The translations under genes and the position numbers were made by a program. A stretch of 64,000 nucleotides of DNA, taken from Thermoanaerobaculia bacterium. GTDB taxonomy: Bacteria > Acidobacteriota > Thermoanaerobaculia > UBA5066 > Gp7-AA6. Shown in pieces: positions 25,899-34,925 of the stretch. The notes beneath the pieces were generated by a model. That model was not told where the DNA came from. It was given only the letters and a program-made list of their open reading frames with translations, and ran no database searches. The stretch spans positions 31,687-95,686 of the forward strand of contig DATJPZ010000023.1 in assembly GCA_035506175.1 (NCBI GenBank), written 5' to 3'. The first letter of the stretch is position 1. Every line of letters starts with the position of its first letter.

Positions 25899-27917
25899 GT
25901 GCGGGGAGGGGTCAGACCCCTCCCCTATGTTTTCGCCTTGCTCACCCTTCCCGCTCTCGCCGAGGAGCGCGCGATCCCGTTCTGGCCGGACGCGGTGCCG
26001 TCGGCGATCCATGCCGAGGTCAACGGCGTGGCGGCGCTCGAAACGGTGCGCGAGCTCGGCCGCTTCCACCGCGTGCAGGGCTCGCCCGGTTTCGTCGCGG
26101 CAGCCGAATTCATGAAGCAAAGGGCCGTGGCCGCGGGGCTGTCCGACGTCGCCATCGAGCGCTTCCCGGCCGACGGCAAGACGAAGTACGCGCACTTCCT
26201 GTCGCACGTGGGCTGGAACCCGGTCTCGGCGACGCTCGAGGAAGTCGCGCCGACGCCCCGGCTCATCGAGTCGTTCCCCGATCTGCCGGTGGCGCTGGCC
26301 GACTACAGCCAGGACGCGGACGTGACGACCGAGCTCGTCGACGTCGGGCAGGGCACCGCGGCGAAGGACTACGACGGCAAGGACGTCCGCGGCAGGATCG
26401 TGCTCGCCGACGGTCCGCTGCCGGCCGTGCATCGCCTCGCCTGCGAGGAGCGCGGCGCCGCGGGTTTCCTTTCCGACTTTCCCAACCAGGCCACGCCCTG
26501 GGCCGGCGACGACCGCGACCTGATCCGGTGGGGCCACCTGTCGCCCTACCAGCTCCAGAACCGCTTCGCGTTCATGATCTCGAAGCGCCAGGCGGCGGAC
26601 TTCCGCGCGCGCCTCGCCGCGGGCGGGAAGATCGTCCTCCGCGCGCAGGTCGCCGCGAAGATGGTCCCCGCGAGCTACGACGTCGTCGTCGCGACGATCC
26701 CGGGAACCGACCCGGCCGCCGGCGAAGTCGTCGTCACGGCGCACCTCTGCCACGAGTCCGCCGGGGCCAACGACAACGCCTCCGGCAGCGCCGCGATCCT
26801 CGAAGTGGGCCGCGCGCTCGCCGCGGCGATCCGGCGGCAGACGCTCCCGCGCCCCGCGCGCACGATCCGGTTCCTGTGGGTTCCCGAGATCACCGGCTCG
26901 CAGGCCTACCTCGCGAGCCACCCGGAGATCGCGGCGCGCCTCGTCGCCGGGGTCCACATGGACATGGTCGGGGGCCTGCTCGCGACCACGAAAGGCATCT
27001 TCCACGTCTCGCGCACCGCCGAGACGCTCCCCCACGTCGCCAACGTCGTCGCCGAGGCCTGGTTCGCCCAGGTCGTCGCCGCCTCGCAGCGCTACGCGGA
27101 GGGCGCGAACCCGACGGCTGACGGCGGAGGCGGCGGCGGACCCGCGGACCCCTGGGCCGGCTTCGTCTGGCCTCCCGGCTCGCGCGAGATGCTCCTCGGC
27201 GACGTTCGCGGGATCAACATGGGCAGCGACCACGAGGTCTTCCAGGCGGCCGGGTTTCGCGTGCCGATGGTCTACTTCCACGACTACCCCGACGTCACGA
27301 TCCACACGCAGAAAGACCAGCCGGAGAATCTCGACGCGACCAAGCTCGGCCGCGTCGCCTACATGGGCGCCGGGTTCGTGTACACGCTCGCCGCGCTGCC
27401 GGACGCCGAGGCGATGCGGCTCCTCGCCTCGACGCGCGCGGAGGTCGAAGCGCACATCGCGCTCTCGCGCGCCGCGAACGGGCCCGAAGCCGCGCTCGTC
27501 CAGCGCGAGGCGATCGCTTCCGGAATCGAGACGCTCGAATCCGTCGCCCGTCTCTGGCCATCCACGCGCGCCGCGGTCGCCGCGGACGTCACGCGCCTGC
27601 GCCGGGCCATGCCGCCCGAGCCCCCGCTCGCCGACCGCCGGATCCCGACGCGCAACCCGGGGATCGTCGGGCCGCTCAACGTCTACTACTACGACTACTT
27701 CGGCGACATCCCCGGCGCGGACTTCACCAGGACGGCGCTCGCGGCGCGCGAGGACGGCGACGTCCTCGCCTACGAGGCGCTCAACCTCGCCGACGGCAAG
27801 CGCTCGATCTCGGAGATCCGCGACGTCCTCGTCGGACGCTACGCGCCGGTCTCCCTGGAGGCGATCGCCGAGTACTTCGGCCTCCTCGCCAGGGCCGGGG
27901 TCGTGCGGCTGCGGTGA
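25899..27917 (+). CDS. M28-type aminopeptidase-like protein with a PA-like insert and a C-terminal winged-helix-like domain (COG4310/DUF4910-like architecture); the 5-prime end is uncertain
   Basis: Motifs include VVVTAHLCHESAGANDNASGSAAILEVGR, FLWVPEITGSQAY and GSDHEVF. The C-terminus reads YEALNLADGKRSISEIRDVLVGRYAPVSLEAIAEYFGLLARAGVV. Candidate in-frame starts are TTG 25839, GTG 25899 (giving the signal-like MRGGVRPLPYVFALLTLPALA) and TTG 25938. Confidence 0.7.
   Translation: MRGGVRPLPYVFALLTLPALAEERAIPFWPDAVPSAIHAEVNGVAALETVRELGRFHRVQGSPGFVAAAEFMKQRAVAAGLSDVAIERFPADGKTKYAHFLSHVGWNPVSATLEEVAPTPRLIESFPDLPVALADYSQDADVTTELVDVGQGTAAKDYDGKDVRGRIVLADGPLPAVHRLACEERGAAGFLSDFPNQATPWAGDDRDLIRWGHLSPYQLQNRFAFMISKRQAADFRARLAAGGKIVLRAQVAAKMVPASYDVVVATIPGTDPAAGEVVVTAHLCHESAGANDNASGSAAILEVGRALAAAIRRQTLPRPARTIRFLWVPEITGSQAYLASHPEIAARLVAGVHMDMVGGLLATTKGIFHVSRTAETLPHVANVVAEAWFAQVVAASQRYAEGANPTADGGGGGGPADPWAGFVWPPGSREMLLGDVRGINMGSDHEVFQAAGFRVPMVYFHDYPDVTIHTQKDQPENLDATKLGRVAYMGAGFVYTLAALPDAEAMRLLASTRAEVEAHIALSRAANGPEAALVQREAIASGIETLESVARLWPSTRAAVAADVTRLRRAMPPEPPLADRRIPTRNPGIVGPLNVYYYDYFGDIPGADFTRTALAAREDGDVLAYEALNLADGKRSISEIRDVLVGRYAPVSLEAIAEYFGLLARAGVVRLR
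25903..25925 (+). terminator. Strong GC hairpin GGGGAGGGG-TCAGA-CCCCTCCCC followed by TATGTTTTCG
   Basis: The 9-bp perfect stem lies 76 nt after the DUF2911 stop. It sits 2 nt after the candidate GTG 25899 start of the next gene, so its role (terminator versus 5-prime coding structure) is unresolved. Confidence 0.3.
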
Positions 27918-28945
27918 AAATCGCGCAGATCGCCTCGATCTGCTTCTCGATCCCGCCCCGGGCCCACGGGGGCACGGAAATCTCGATCGACCTGCTCACG
28001 CGCGGCCTCGTCGCCCGCGGACACACCGTGACCCTCTTCGCTTCCGGCGACTCCCGGACGACGGCCGCGCTCCACGCCGTCGTGCCGCGCGCGACGCAGG
28101 ATGATCCGGCGTCGACCTCCTACCTCGAGCGCGAGATGGACGTGCGCAACGCGGCCGAGGCCTACGCCCTCGCCGGCGAGTTCGACCTGCTCCACGCGCA
28201 CTGGCCGACGCCCGCCGCGTACTTCTCCACCGCGACCGACCGCCCGACCGTCCTGACGTACGCGTACATCGAGAAGGAACTGCACGACTACTACCGGACG
28301 CACTTCCCGGCGGTGCACCCGGTCTGCCTGACCGAAGCCCAGAACCGGATGCTCGGCGGCGGGCTGCCGGTCATCCCGTACGGGATCGACGTCGACGCCG
28401 TGCCGTTCTCGCCGCGTCCCGGCGAGTTTCTGGCGACCGTCGGGCGCCTCGTCCCGCACAAGGGAGCGGACCGGGCGATCGCGATCGCCGGGCGCGCCGG
28501 CCTACCGCTCGTCATCGTGGGCGACGTCACCCCGTACCTGGCCGACAGCGAGCCGTTCTACGAGACGCGGATCCGGCCGCGCGTCGACGGGCGCCGCGTG
28601 CGGCTCCTCCAGCGCCTTCCCAACCCGGAGGTGCTCGCGCTCCTTTCGCGCGCCCGCGCCTTCCTCTTCCCGATCTCGTGGGAGGAGCCTTTCGGGCTGG
28701 TCGTCGCCGAGGCCCTCGCCGCGGGAACCCCGGTGATCGCGACGCCGCGCGGCTCGCTTCCCGAGCTCGTCGCGCACGGGGTCACGGGCTTTCTCGGCGA
28801 AACCGACGAGGAGCTCGCCGGCTTCGTCGCGCGCGTCGGGGAGATCGACCGGGCCGCCTGCCGCCGCCGGGCCGAAGAGCGCTTTTCCGCGGCCCGGATG
28901 GTCTCGGACTACGAGGCGTTCTATAGGAAGATCCTCGGCCGATGA
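27914..28945 (+). CDS. GT4-family (GT-B fold) glycosyltransferase
   Basis: A GTGA overlap with the upstream stop lies at 27914-27917. The N-terminus is MKIAQIASICFSIPPRAHGGTEISIDLLTRGLVARGHTVTLFASG. The EX7E region is EEPFGLVVAEALAAGTPVIATPRGSLPELV. Confidence 0.85.
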   Translation: MKIAQIASICFSIPPRAHGGTEISIDLLTRGLVARGHTVTLFASGDSRTTAALHAVVPRATQDDPASTSYLEREMDVRNAAEAYALAGEFDLLHAHWPTPAAYFSTATDRPTVLTYAYIEKELHDYYRTHFPAVHPVCLTEAQNRMLGGGLPVIPYGIDVDAVPFSPRPGEFLATVGRLVPHKGADRAIAIAGRAGLPLVIVGDVTPYLADSEPFYETRIRPRVDGRRVRLLQRLPNPEVLALLSRARAFLFPISWEEPFGLVVAEALAAGTPVIATPRGSLPELVAHGVTGFLGETDEELAGFVARVGEIDRAACRRRAEERFSAARMVSDYEAFYRKILGR

Positions 28946-30093
28946 GCTTCGACTTTTCGCCGGCCGCGCTCGACCGCGAGTTCCCCGTGAGGCGGAGCTT
29001 TCTCTACTTCAACCACGCCGCCGTGGCGGCCCTGCCGCGCCGCGTGGCCGAGGCCATCGTCGCCCATGTCGAGAACGCCCGCGACCGCGGCGCCGCCGAC
29101 TGGCGGTCCTGGTTCGGAATGGTCGAGAGGGTGCGCGAGAAGGCGGGCCGCCTCGTCGGCGCCTCGGCGGCCGAGATGGCGTTCGTGCCGAACACCAGCT
29201 GGGGCCTGAACCTCGTCGCGCTCAACTTCCCGTGGACGGCGGGCGACAACGTCGTCACGACCGACGTCGAGTTCCCCTCGAACGCCTATCCGTGGCGCGC
29301 CCTCGCCGGTCGCGGCGTCGCCTGCCGCGTCGCGAAGAACCGCGACGGCCGGATCCTCGCCGAGGACGTCCTCGCGCTCGTCGACGCGCGCACGCGCGTG
29401 GTCGCGGTCTCCTGGGTCGCGTTTCACAACGGCGCGGTGACGCCGCTGGCAGAACTCGGCGCCGCCTGCCGCGAGCGCGGCGTGCTCCTCGTCGTCGACG
29501 GGATCCAGGGCCTCGGCGCTCTCCCGCTCGACGTCAAGGCGGCGCGCGTGGACGTCCTCTGCTCCGACGCCCACAAGTGGCTCTATGGGACCGAAGGCGG
29601 CGGCGTGATGTTCGTCGACGAGGACGCGAAGGACCGGGTGCCGGCCCGCGCGTTCGGGTGGTGGAACCTGAAGACCGAGGGCGATTACCTCGACTACCGC
29701 GAGCCGGTGCTCTACGCGGGAGCCCGCCGCTACGAGCCCGGCGCGCTGCCGACGGCGAACCTCGCCGGCCTCGGCGCCGCGCTCGACCTGCTCGCCGCCA
29801 TGGGCGCGGCGGAAATCCGGTCCCGTCTCGTCGCCAACGTCGAGGCTCTGCGGCGCGGCCTGCGCGAACGCGGCTGGACGATCGCCACGCCCGAACCGAT
29901 CGCCTCGGGGATCCTCGCGGCCCGGGCGCCTTCGGGAGACGCGCGGGCCTGGGCGAAGGCGCTCGAAACGCGCGGCGTCATCGTCGCACCGCGCGAGGGA
30001 TTCGTCCGCTTCTCGCCGCACGCCGGAAACGACGAAGGCGAGATCGCCCGCGCGCTCGCCGAGATCGACGCGATCGGGCGCCTCGAAGGCTAG
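28942..30093 (+). CDS. Class-V aminotransferase (cysteine desulfurase / SufS-like fold)
   Basis: An ATGA overlap lies at 28942-28945. Motifs include YFNHAAVAALP and VDVLCSDAHKWLYGTEGGGVMFV (the PLP lysine in DAHKW). Confidence 0.8.
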   Translation: MSFDFSPAALDREFPVRRSFLYFNHAAVAALPRRVAEAIVAHVENARDRGAADWRSWFGMVERVREKAGRLVGASAAEMAFVPNTSWGLNLVALNFPWTAGDNVVTTDVEFPSNAYPWRALAGRGVACRVAKNRDGRILAEDVLALVDARTRVVAVSWVAFHNGAVTPLAELGAACRERGVLLVVDGIQGLGALPLDVKAARVDVLCSDAHKWLYGTEGGGVMFVDEDAKDRVPARAFGWWNLKTEGDYLDYREPVLYAGARRYEPGALPTANLAGLGAALDLLAAMGAAEIRSRLVANVEALRRGLRERGWTIATPEPIASGILAARAPSGDARAWAKALETRGVIVAPREGFVRFSPHAGNDEGEIARALAEIDAIGRLEG

Positions 30094-32063
30094 CGGGGAG
30101 CGAGTTCCCGCGGCGCGGCCGGGGCCGGCGCGCGGGACACGCCTTCGCGGTCCTCCGTCACGGTCCGCACGAAGACGCTCCCGCCGTTCGTGCCGGCGAG
30201 CAGCGTGCCATCCGTCAGGTACCCGAGGCTGATGACGTTCGGATTCGTCAGACCCTGCGCCTCGGCGCTCCAGTGCGCGCCGCCGTCGGCGCTCACGGAG
30301 ACGCCCGCGCCCCCGCCGGCGGCGAGCTCGCCGCTGACGGCGCTCGCCCCGAGCCCGTAGACGACCCCGGAGACGCCGGACGCCGGCGCCCAGGACGTCC
30401 CGTCGGTGCTGACGAAGAGCCCGGCGTCGCCGCCCGCGATCACGGCGCCGGTGCCGGACACGCGCACCGCGCGGACGAGGCCGCTCGGGCCGCCGGAAAC
30501 CGGCGTCCAGTGAGCGCCGGCGTCGCCGCTGCGATACACGCCCGCGTCGGTCCCGGCCCACAGGACCGTCGTCGAGGCGTCGCCGCCGAGCGCCCACACC
30601 TGACGCGCCGACAAGTCCGCGGAGCCGGCCGACCACGACGTCCCGTCGGAGGACTGATAGAGGCCGGTCGACGTGCCCGCGAGCATCCCCTGCGACGTCC
30701 CGGGAAGAATGCCGAAGCACCGCGTGACGGTCGGGATCGCCGTCGCGGGGATCCCCGGCGTGGCGACCCAGTTGCTCGTCCCGCCGTCCGTGGACCGGAG
30801 AATGAGACCTCCCCCGCCGGCGTAGACGAGGCCCGGGGTCCGCGGATCGAAGAAGACCGCGATCGGATTGGATTGCAGCCCGTTGGCGACGCCCCCGTTG
30901 GCGAAGGGGGGCGACCAGGGGCCCACCGCGGTTCCGGGCTCGTAGACGAACGTCTGCGCCGTCGTCGCCACGATCGCCCGCTCGGGCGACGCCGGGTCCG
31001 GCGCGATGGCCGCCACGACCAGGAGCGGCAGCGCCGTCGTCAGGAACTCGCCGCCCCCGTCCCACCGCCCGAAACCGCCGGTGTCGAAGGGCAGCTGGCC
31101 GTAGGCGGCGTAGAGAGGAACCTGCCCTCCCGGAACCGAGATCCCGTTGACGTAGCTGCTGACGAACGGCATGCTGGCCCACGCGCCGTCCGTCGGGCCG
31201 CGGGCGACGATCCCCTCCTTCTGCGCGAGAAACGCCGTGCCGTCGGAGGCCACGGCGATCGAGACGACGTATGTCGAACCGATGGCGCCGGGATAGGGGT
31301 TCCAGGTCGCGCCGCTGTCGTCGGAACGGAACACGAAGGCATCCGCGGTACCGGCGTAGACGCGGGTCGGGCTCGTCGGGTCGACCGCCACGGCGCTGAC
31401 GTCGGTGACCGTGTTGCCGAGCACGTCGGCGAGGCCGTTGTTGCGCGCGGTCCAGGTCGTTCCGCCGTCGTCGCTGCGAAACACCCCGCTCTGGAGCGTG
31501 CCGAGGAAGATCGTGCGCGGGGAGGACGGGTTGACGGCGAGGGCCGCCGGCTGCGCGGTCGCCGTCGTCGCGTTCCCGACCGACGTCCAGGATCCGCCGC
31601 CGTTGGTGCTCTTCGCGACGATTCCCGAGGGCCCCGCCGCGTAGACGGTGTCGGGCGTCGACGGGTCGATCGCGATCGTCGTGATGTTCCCGGACGGAAG
31701 GCCGCTCGACGCCGCGGACCACGAGCCGCCGCCGTCGGTCGTCTTGAAGATGCCGGACGGCGTTCCGGCGTACACGACGCCCGGGTCGGCCGGCGAAACC
31801 GCCAGGCGGCCGACGCGCCGATCCGAGAGACCCGCGTTGGCGATGCGCCAGGTCTGCCCGGAGTCGGTGCTCGCGAAGACGCCGCCGACCTTGCTCCCCG
31901 CGTAGACGGTCGTCGGCAACGAGGGCGCCGCCGCGACGACGTCGACCGTCCCGCCGGGTGGACCGAGAGACGTCCAGGTCGCGCCGCCACGGGCGGAGGC
32001 CGGGCCCGCGGCGAGAATCGCGGTCCCGAGAACAGGAACGCCGAGGCGACGAAGAAGGCGCAT
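30090..32063 (-). CDS. Secreted BNR/Asp-box (Ycf48-like / sortilin-like) beta-propeller repeat protein
   Basis: ATG 32063 gives the signal MRLLRRLGVPVLGTAILAAGPASA. Asp-boxes are repeated: STDSGQTWR, TTDGGGSWS, STNGGGSWT, SDDGGTTWT, SDDSGATWN, STDGGTSNW, SGDAGAHWT and SADGGAHWS. Confidence 0.8.
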   Translation of the reverse strand: MRLLRRLGVPVLGTAILAAGPASARGGATWTSLGPPGGTVDVVAAAPSLPTTVYAGSKVGGVFASTDSGQTWRIANAGLSDRRVGRLAVSPADPGVVYAGTPSGIFKTTDGGGSWSAASSGLPSGNITTIAIDPSTPDTVYAAGPSGIVAKSTNGGGSWTSVGNATTATAQPAALAVNPSSPRTIFLGTLQSGVFRSDDGGTTWTARNNGLADVLGNTVTDVSAVAVDPTSPTRVYAGTADAFVFRSDDSGATWNPYPGAIGSTYVVSIAVASDGTAFLAQKEGIVARGPTDGAWASMPFVSSYVNGISVPGGQVPLYAAYGQLPFDTGGFGRWDGGGEFLTTALPLLVVAAIAPDPASPERAIVATTAQTFVYEPGTAVGPWSPPFANGGVANGLQSNPIAVFFDPRTPGLVYAGGGGLILRSTDGGTSNWVATPGIPATAIPTVTRCFGILPGTSQGMLAGTSTGLYQSSDGTSWSAGSADLSARQVWALGGDASTTVLWAGTDAGVYRSGDAGAHWTPVSGGPSGLVRAVRVSGTGAVIAGGDAGLFVSTDGTSWAPASGVSGVVYGLGASAVSGELAAGGGAGVSVSADGGAHWSAEAQGLTNPNVISLGYLTDGTLLAGTNGGSVFVRTVTEDREGVSRAPAPAAPRELAPR

Positions 32064-32243
32064 GGACTCGATCGAGCGGACAGCATATTCCGTGCCGGAG
32101 CCGAATGCGCGCCGCGTGCGGAACCGCGCGAGCCGAGGGTCCCGTCGCGGAGGAAAAGACGTCGCTTCCCTGTCTCCGGGGCGAGACACTTCGTCATCGC
32201 CCGAGTGCAACGGCCCGGCGCATCGCGCCGTTATCCTTGCAGG

Positions 32244-33932
32244 GTGCCCGACTTTTCGACGAGAACGAGGCGCGCGGCGGGAGCGGCGCTCGCGCTCGGG
32301 TTCGCCGCGGCGGCGCCGGCGCGGCCCCAGTCACCGACGCCGCCCGCCACGCCGCTGTCGCCGCCTTTCGTCGAAAAGGTCGAGGTCCGCGTCCGATCCA
32401 TCCTCGTCTTCGCGACCGGATCCGGCGGCAAACCCCTCGCCGCCCCGCTGACGAAGGCCGACGTGCGCGTGCTCGAGAACGGACGCCCGGCCGAGGTGCT
32501 CGACGTCGAGCCGGTCCGATCCGCCGGCGCCTCGCGCGCCGCCGCGGCACCGCCGGCGGCCGCGCCGGCCCCGGCCGGCGACGTGCCGAAGGGAACGCTC
32601 CAGTACCTCTACGTCGACACCGCGACGCTCAATCGGCGGTCGATCAAGCTCATCACGGACGCCGTCGGCGGCCATCTCGAAGGGATTCTCTCGATCGGCC
32701 CGCTCGAGATCGTGCTCGCGGACGCGGTGCCGACCGTCTTTCTTCCCGCCTCCTCCGACCCGGCCGCGATCCGGAAGGCGCTCGCCGATCTCGCGGCGAA
32801 CGTCGGCGGCAAGCAGCGCCTGCTCGACCTCCGCAAGGACGCGCTCGAGGAGATCCGCAACGCCGAGCTCTCGACGAAGAGTGCGGCGGCGAGCAACACG
32901 CGCGCGCACGTCCGCGCCGCGACCGAGCACGAAGTCGCGCTGCTCCGGATCTCGTTCGACCGGCTCGAGGCGTGGGCGGCCGCCCGCCCGGACGCGCGGC
33001 CCGGAATCCTGTACTACGCCAACGACGGCTTCGACATGGATCCGATCGAGACGTACCGCAACGCGCTCGGGTCCCACGACGAGGGACTGCGCAACGAAGT
33101 GCTGCAGCTCTCCACCGAGTACGGCGGCGAGATGTCGAAGCTCCTCGCGCGCGTCGAGGGCACGCTCGCCGGCAAGGGCCTGACGACGGTGCCGCTCGTC
33201 CTCGGCGGCACGACCGCGGAGTTCGCGTCGAGCGCCGCGAACATGGGTCTGCGCGGCGGCGCGGCGCTGCGCCAGGTCGTCGACTCGGCGCCGATCTTCT
33301 TCTACACCCGCCCCACCGAGCCGCTGGGCCTCGTGGCCGGCGCCACGGGCGGCGAAATCGTCTCGACCTCCAGCCGTTTCGGCGCGGTCCTCGACCGCAT
33401 CGGCGCCGCCTGGATCGTCACCTTCCGCGTCGGCGCCGTTCCGGACGGCCGGCCCCACCCGCTCGTGGTCGAGGCCGCCCGCGACGGCGTGGCGCTGCGG
33501 ACGACGCACTACCTCCTGACGGGAAGCCCGCGGAGCGCGTCGCTCGAGCGGGCGGTCCGGGTCCTCGAGGGCTCGGAGACGCCGTCGGACGTGCCGGTCC
33601 TCGCCACGCTCGCGCCGTCGGCAACCCCGTCGGGACCGCCCCGGAGCGGCATGCTCCGGATCGCGGCCAACTTCGCCTCCGTCCGGGACGTCCTCGGCCC
33701 CGAGGGCGCCGCGCTCCCGCTGCGCCTCGCGCTCGCCGTCGATCTCGGGGAGGGCCAGCCGTTCACGTCGGCGGAGGAGGTGGACTGGCGGCGGGACTCG
33801 GGCAGCGACTCGTGGCGCTACCAGGTGCCGCTGAACTGGCCGCCCGAGGCGCGCCGCGTGGCGGTGCTGGTCGAAGAGGTGTCGACGGGCCTGGCCGGCG
33901 CCGTGATCGTCGACGTCCCGGGCGCGCGCTGA
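32244..33932 (+). CDS. Secreted VWA-related protein, second TIGR03436-like paralogue with a long C-terminal extension
   Basis: GTG 32244 gives VPDFSTRTRRAAGAALALGFAAAAPA. The next segment, FVEKVEVRVRSILVFATGSGGKPLAAPLTKADVRVLENGRPAEVLDVEPV, parallels the N-terminus of the 12435..13490 product. Confidence 0.55.
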   Translation: MPDFSTRTRRAAGAALALGFAAAAPARPQSPTPPATPLSPPFVEKVEVRVRSILVFATGSGGKPLAAPLTKADVRVLENGRPAEVLDVEPVRSAGASRAAAAPPAAAPAPAGDVPKGTLQYLYVDTATLNRRSIKLITDAVGGHLEGILSIGPLEIVLADAVPTVFLPASSDPAAIRKALADLAANVGGKQRLLDLRKDALEEIRNAELSTKSAAASNTRAHVRAATEHEVALLRISFDRLEAWAAARPDARPGILYYANDGFDMDPIETYRNALGSHDEGLRNEVLQLSTEYGGEMSKLLARVEGTLAGKGLTTVPLVLGGTTAEFASSAANMGLRGGAALRQVVDSAPIFFYTRPTEPLGLVAGATGGEIVSTSSRFGAVLDRIGAAWIVTFRVGAVPDGRPHPLVVEAARDGVALRTTHYLLTGSPRSASLERAVRVLEGSETPSDVPVLATLAPSATPSGPPRSGMLRIAANFASVRDVLGPEGAALPLRLALAVDLGEGQPFTSAEEVDWRRDSGSDSWRYQVPLNWPPEARRVAVLVEEVSTGLAGAVIVDVPGAR

Positions 33933-33938
33933 CGCCGG

Positions 33939-34889
33939 CTAGGCCGGCGGATCCGGCACGGCGTCGATCGCGATGCCCGATTCGTCGGCGAGCGCCGCGC
34001 GGTTGCGGCCTCCGGTCTGGGCGCGCCTGAGCGCGTCGCCCGCCGCGCGGAGCAGCGCGCCCGCGTCCGCTTTCGCCTCACCGCCTTCCGAGGCAACCCC
34101 GAGCGAAAGGGTCAGCGGCAGCGGGCCCGCCGTCGTCAGCACCGGGCGCCTGGCGAAGGATTCGCGAATGCGCTCCGCGACCGTCAGCGCGCCGAGGCCG
34201 TCGGAGCCGGGCAGCACGATCAGGAATTCCTCCCCGCCGTAGCGCCCGACGGCGTCGTAGGGCCGGAGCGAGGAGTTGAGGCGCCGCGCCGTTTCCCGGA
34301 GCACCTCGTCGCCCACGGGCGGGCCGTGCGTCTCGTTGACGTGGCGGAACGCGTCGACGTCGGCGAGCACGACCGCGACGGAACCGCTCTTGCGGCGCGC
34401 CCGCTCGCGCTCCTTCTGGAGGAGGTCGAGGATCGCGGCGCGGTTCCAGGAGCCCGTCGTCGCGTCGCGGGTCGACTGGACGCGGAGCGCGTCCTGCGAG
34501 GCGCGCAGAGCCTGCTCGATCTCGACGATCCGTGCGCCCGTGCGCACGCGGGCCTTCATCTCGATCGGGTCGATCGGCGCGAAGAGGAAGTCGTCCGCGC
34601 CGGCGTTCAGGCCGTCGAGGAGGTCCTCGGCCTCGCGGCTCTCGGCGACGAGCAGCACGTAGGCCGACGGGAGCTCGGGCTGCAGCCGCAGCCGGCGGCA
34701 GACGTCGATGCCCGGCATCGCCTCCATCCGCCAGGCGAGCACGACGAGGGTCGGCTCGCGCTCGGCCTCGAGGCGGCGCCAGGCTTCGAGCCCGTTGCGC
34801 ACGGACACGACCGAGTGGCCCCACTTCCCGAGCCAGCTCTCGAGCAGACGGAGCCGGTCCGGATCGCTGTCGGCGACGAGGGCCCTCAT
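33939..34889 (-). CDS. REC-GGDEF diguanylate cyclase with a degenerate (pseudo-)receiver domain
   Basis: The active site is GGEEF (RYGGEEFLIVLPG), with an RxxD I-site (RPYD) five residues upstream. The receiver-like N-terminus MRALVADSDPD...TLVVLAWRMEAMPGID...ADDFLFAPID has Ala at both the phospho-acceptor Asp and the conserved Lys positions. Confidence 0.85.
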   Translation of the reverse strand: MRALVADSDPDRLRLLESWLGKWGHSVVSVRNGLEAWRRLEAEREPTLVVLAWRMEAMPGIDVCRRLRLQPELPSAYVLLVAESREAEDLLDGLNAGADDFLFAPIDPIEMKARVRTGARIVEIEQALRASQDALRVQSTRDATTGSWNRAAILDLLQKERERARRKSGSVAVVLADVDAFRHVNETHGPPVGDEVLRETARRLNSSLRPYDAVGRYGGEEFLIVLPGSDGLGALTVAERIRESFARRPVLTTAGPLPLTLSLGVASEGGEAKADAGALLRAAGDALRRAQTGGRNRAALADESGIAIDAVPDPPA

Positions 34890-34925
34890 GCGCCTCTTTC
34901 CTTCAAGCAGAGCTCGCCATTCATG

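Noticed and set aside
28921-33932. ORFs 28921..31722 (-, 933 aa), 29232..33932 (+, 1566 aa) and 31958..34030 (+, 690 aa)
   Set aside because: They are shadow frames across the aminotransferase, BNR and VWA genes. Only the 32244..33932 portion of the 1566-aa ORF has protein-like sequence.
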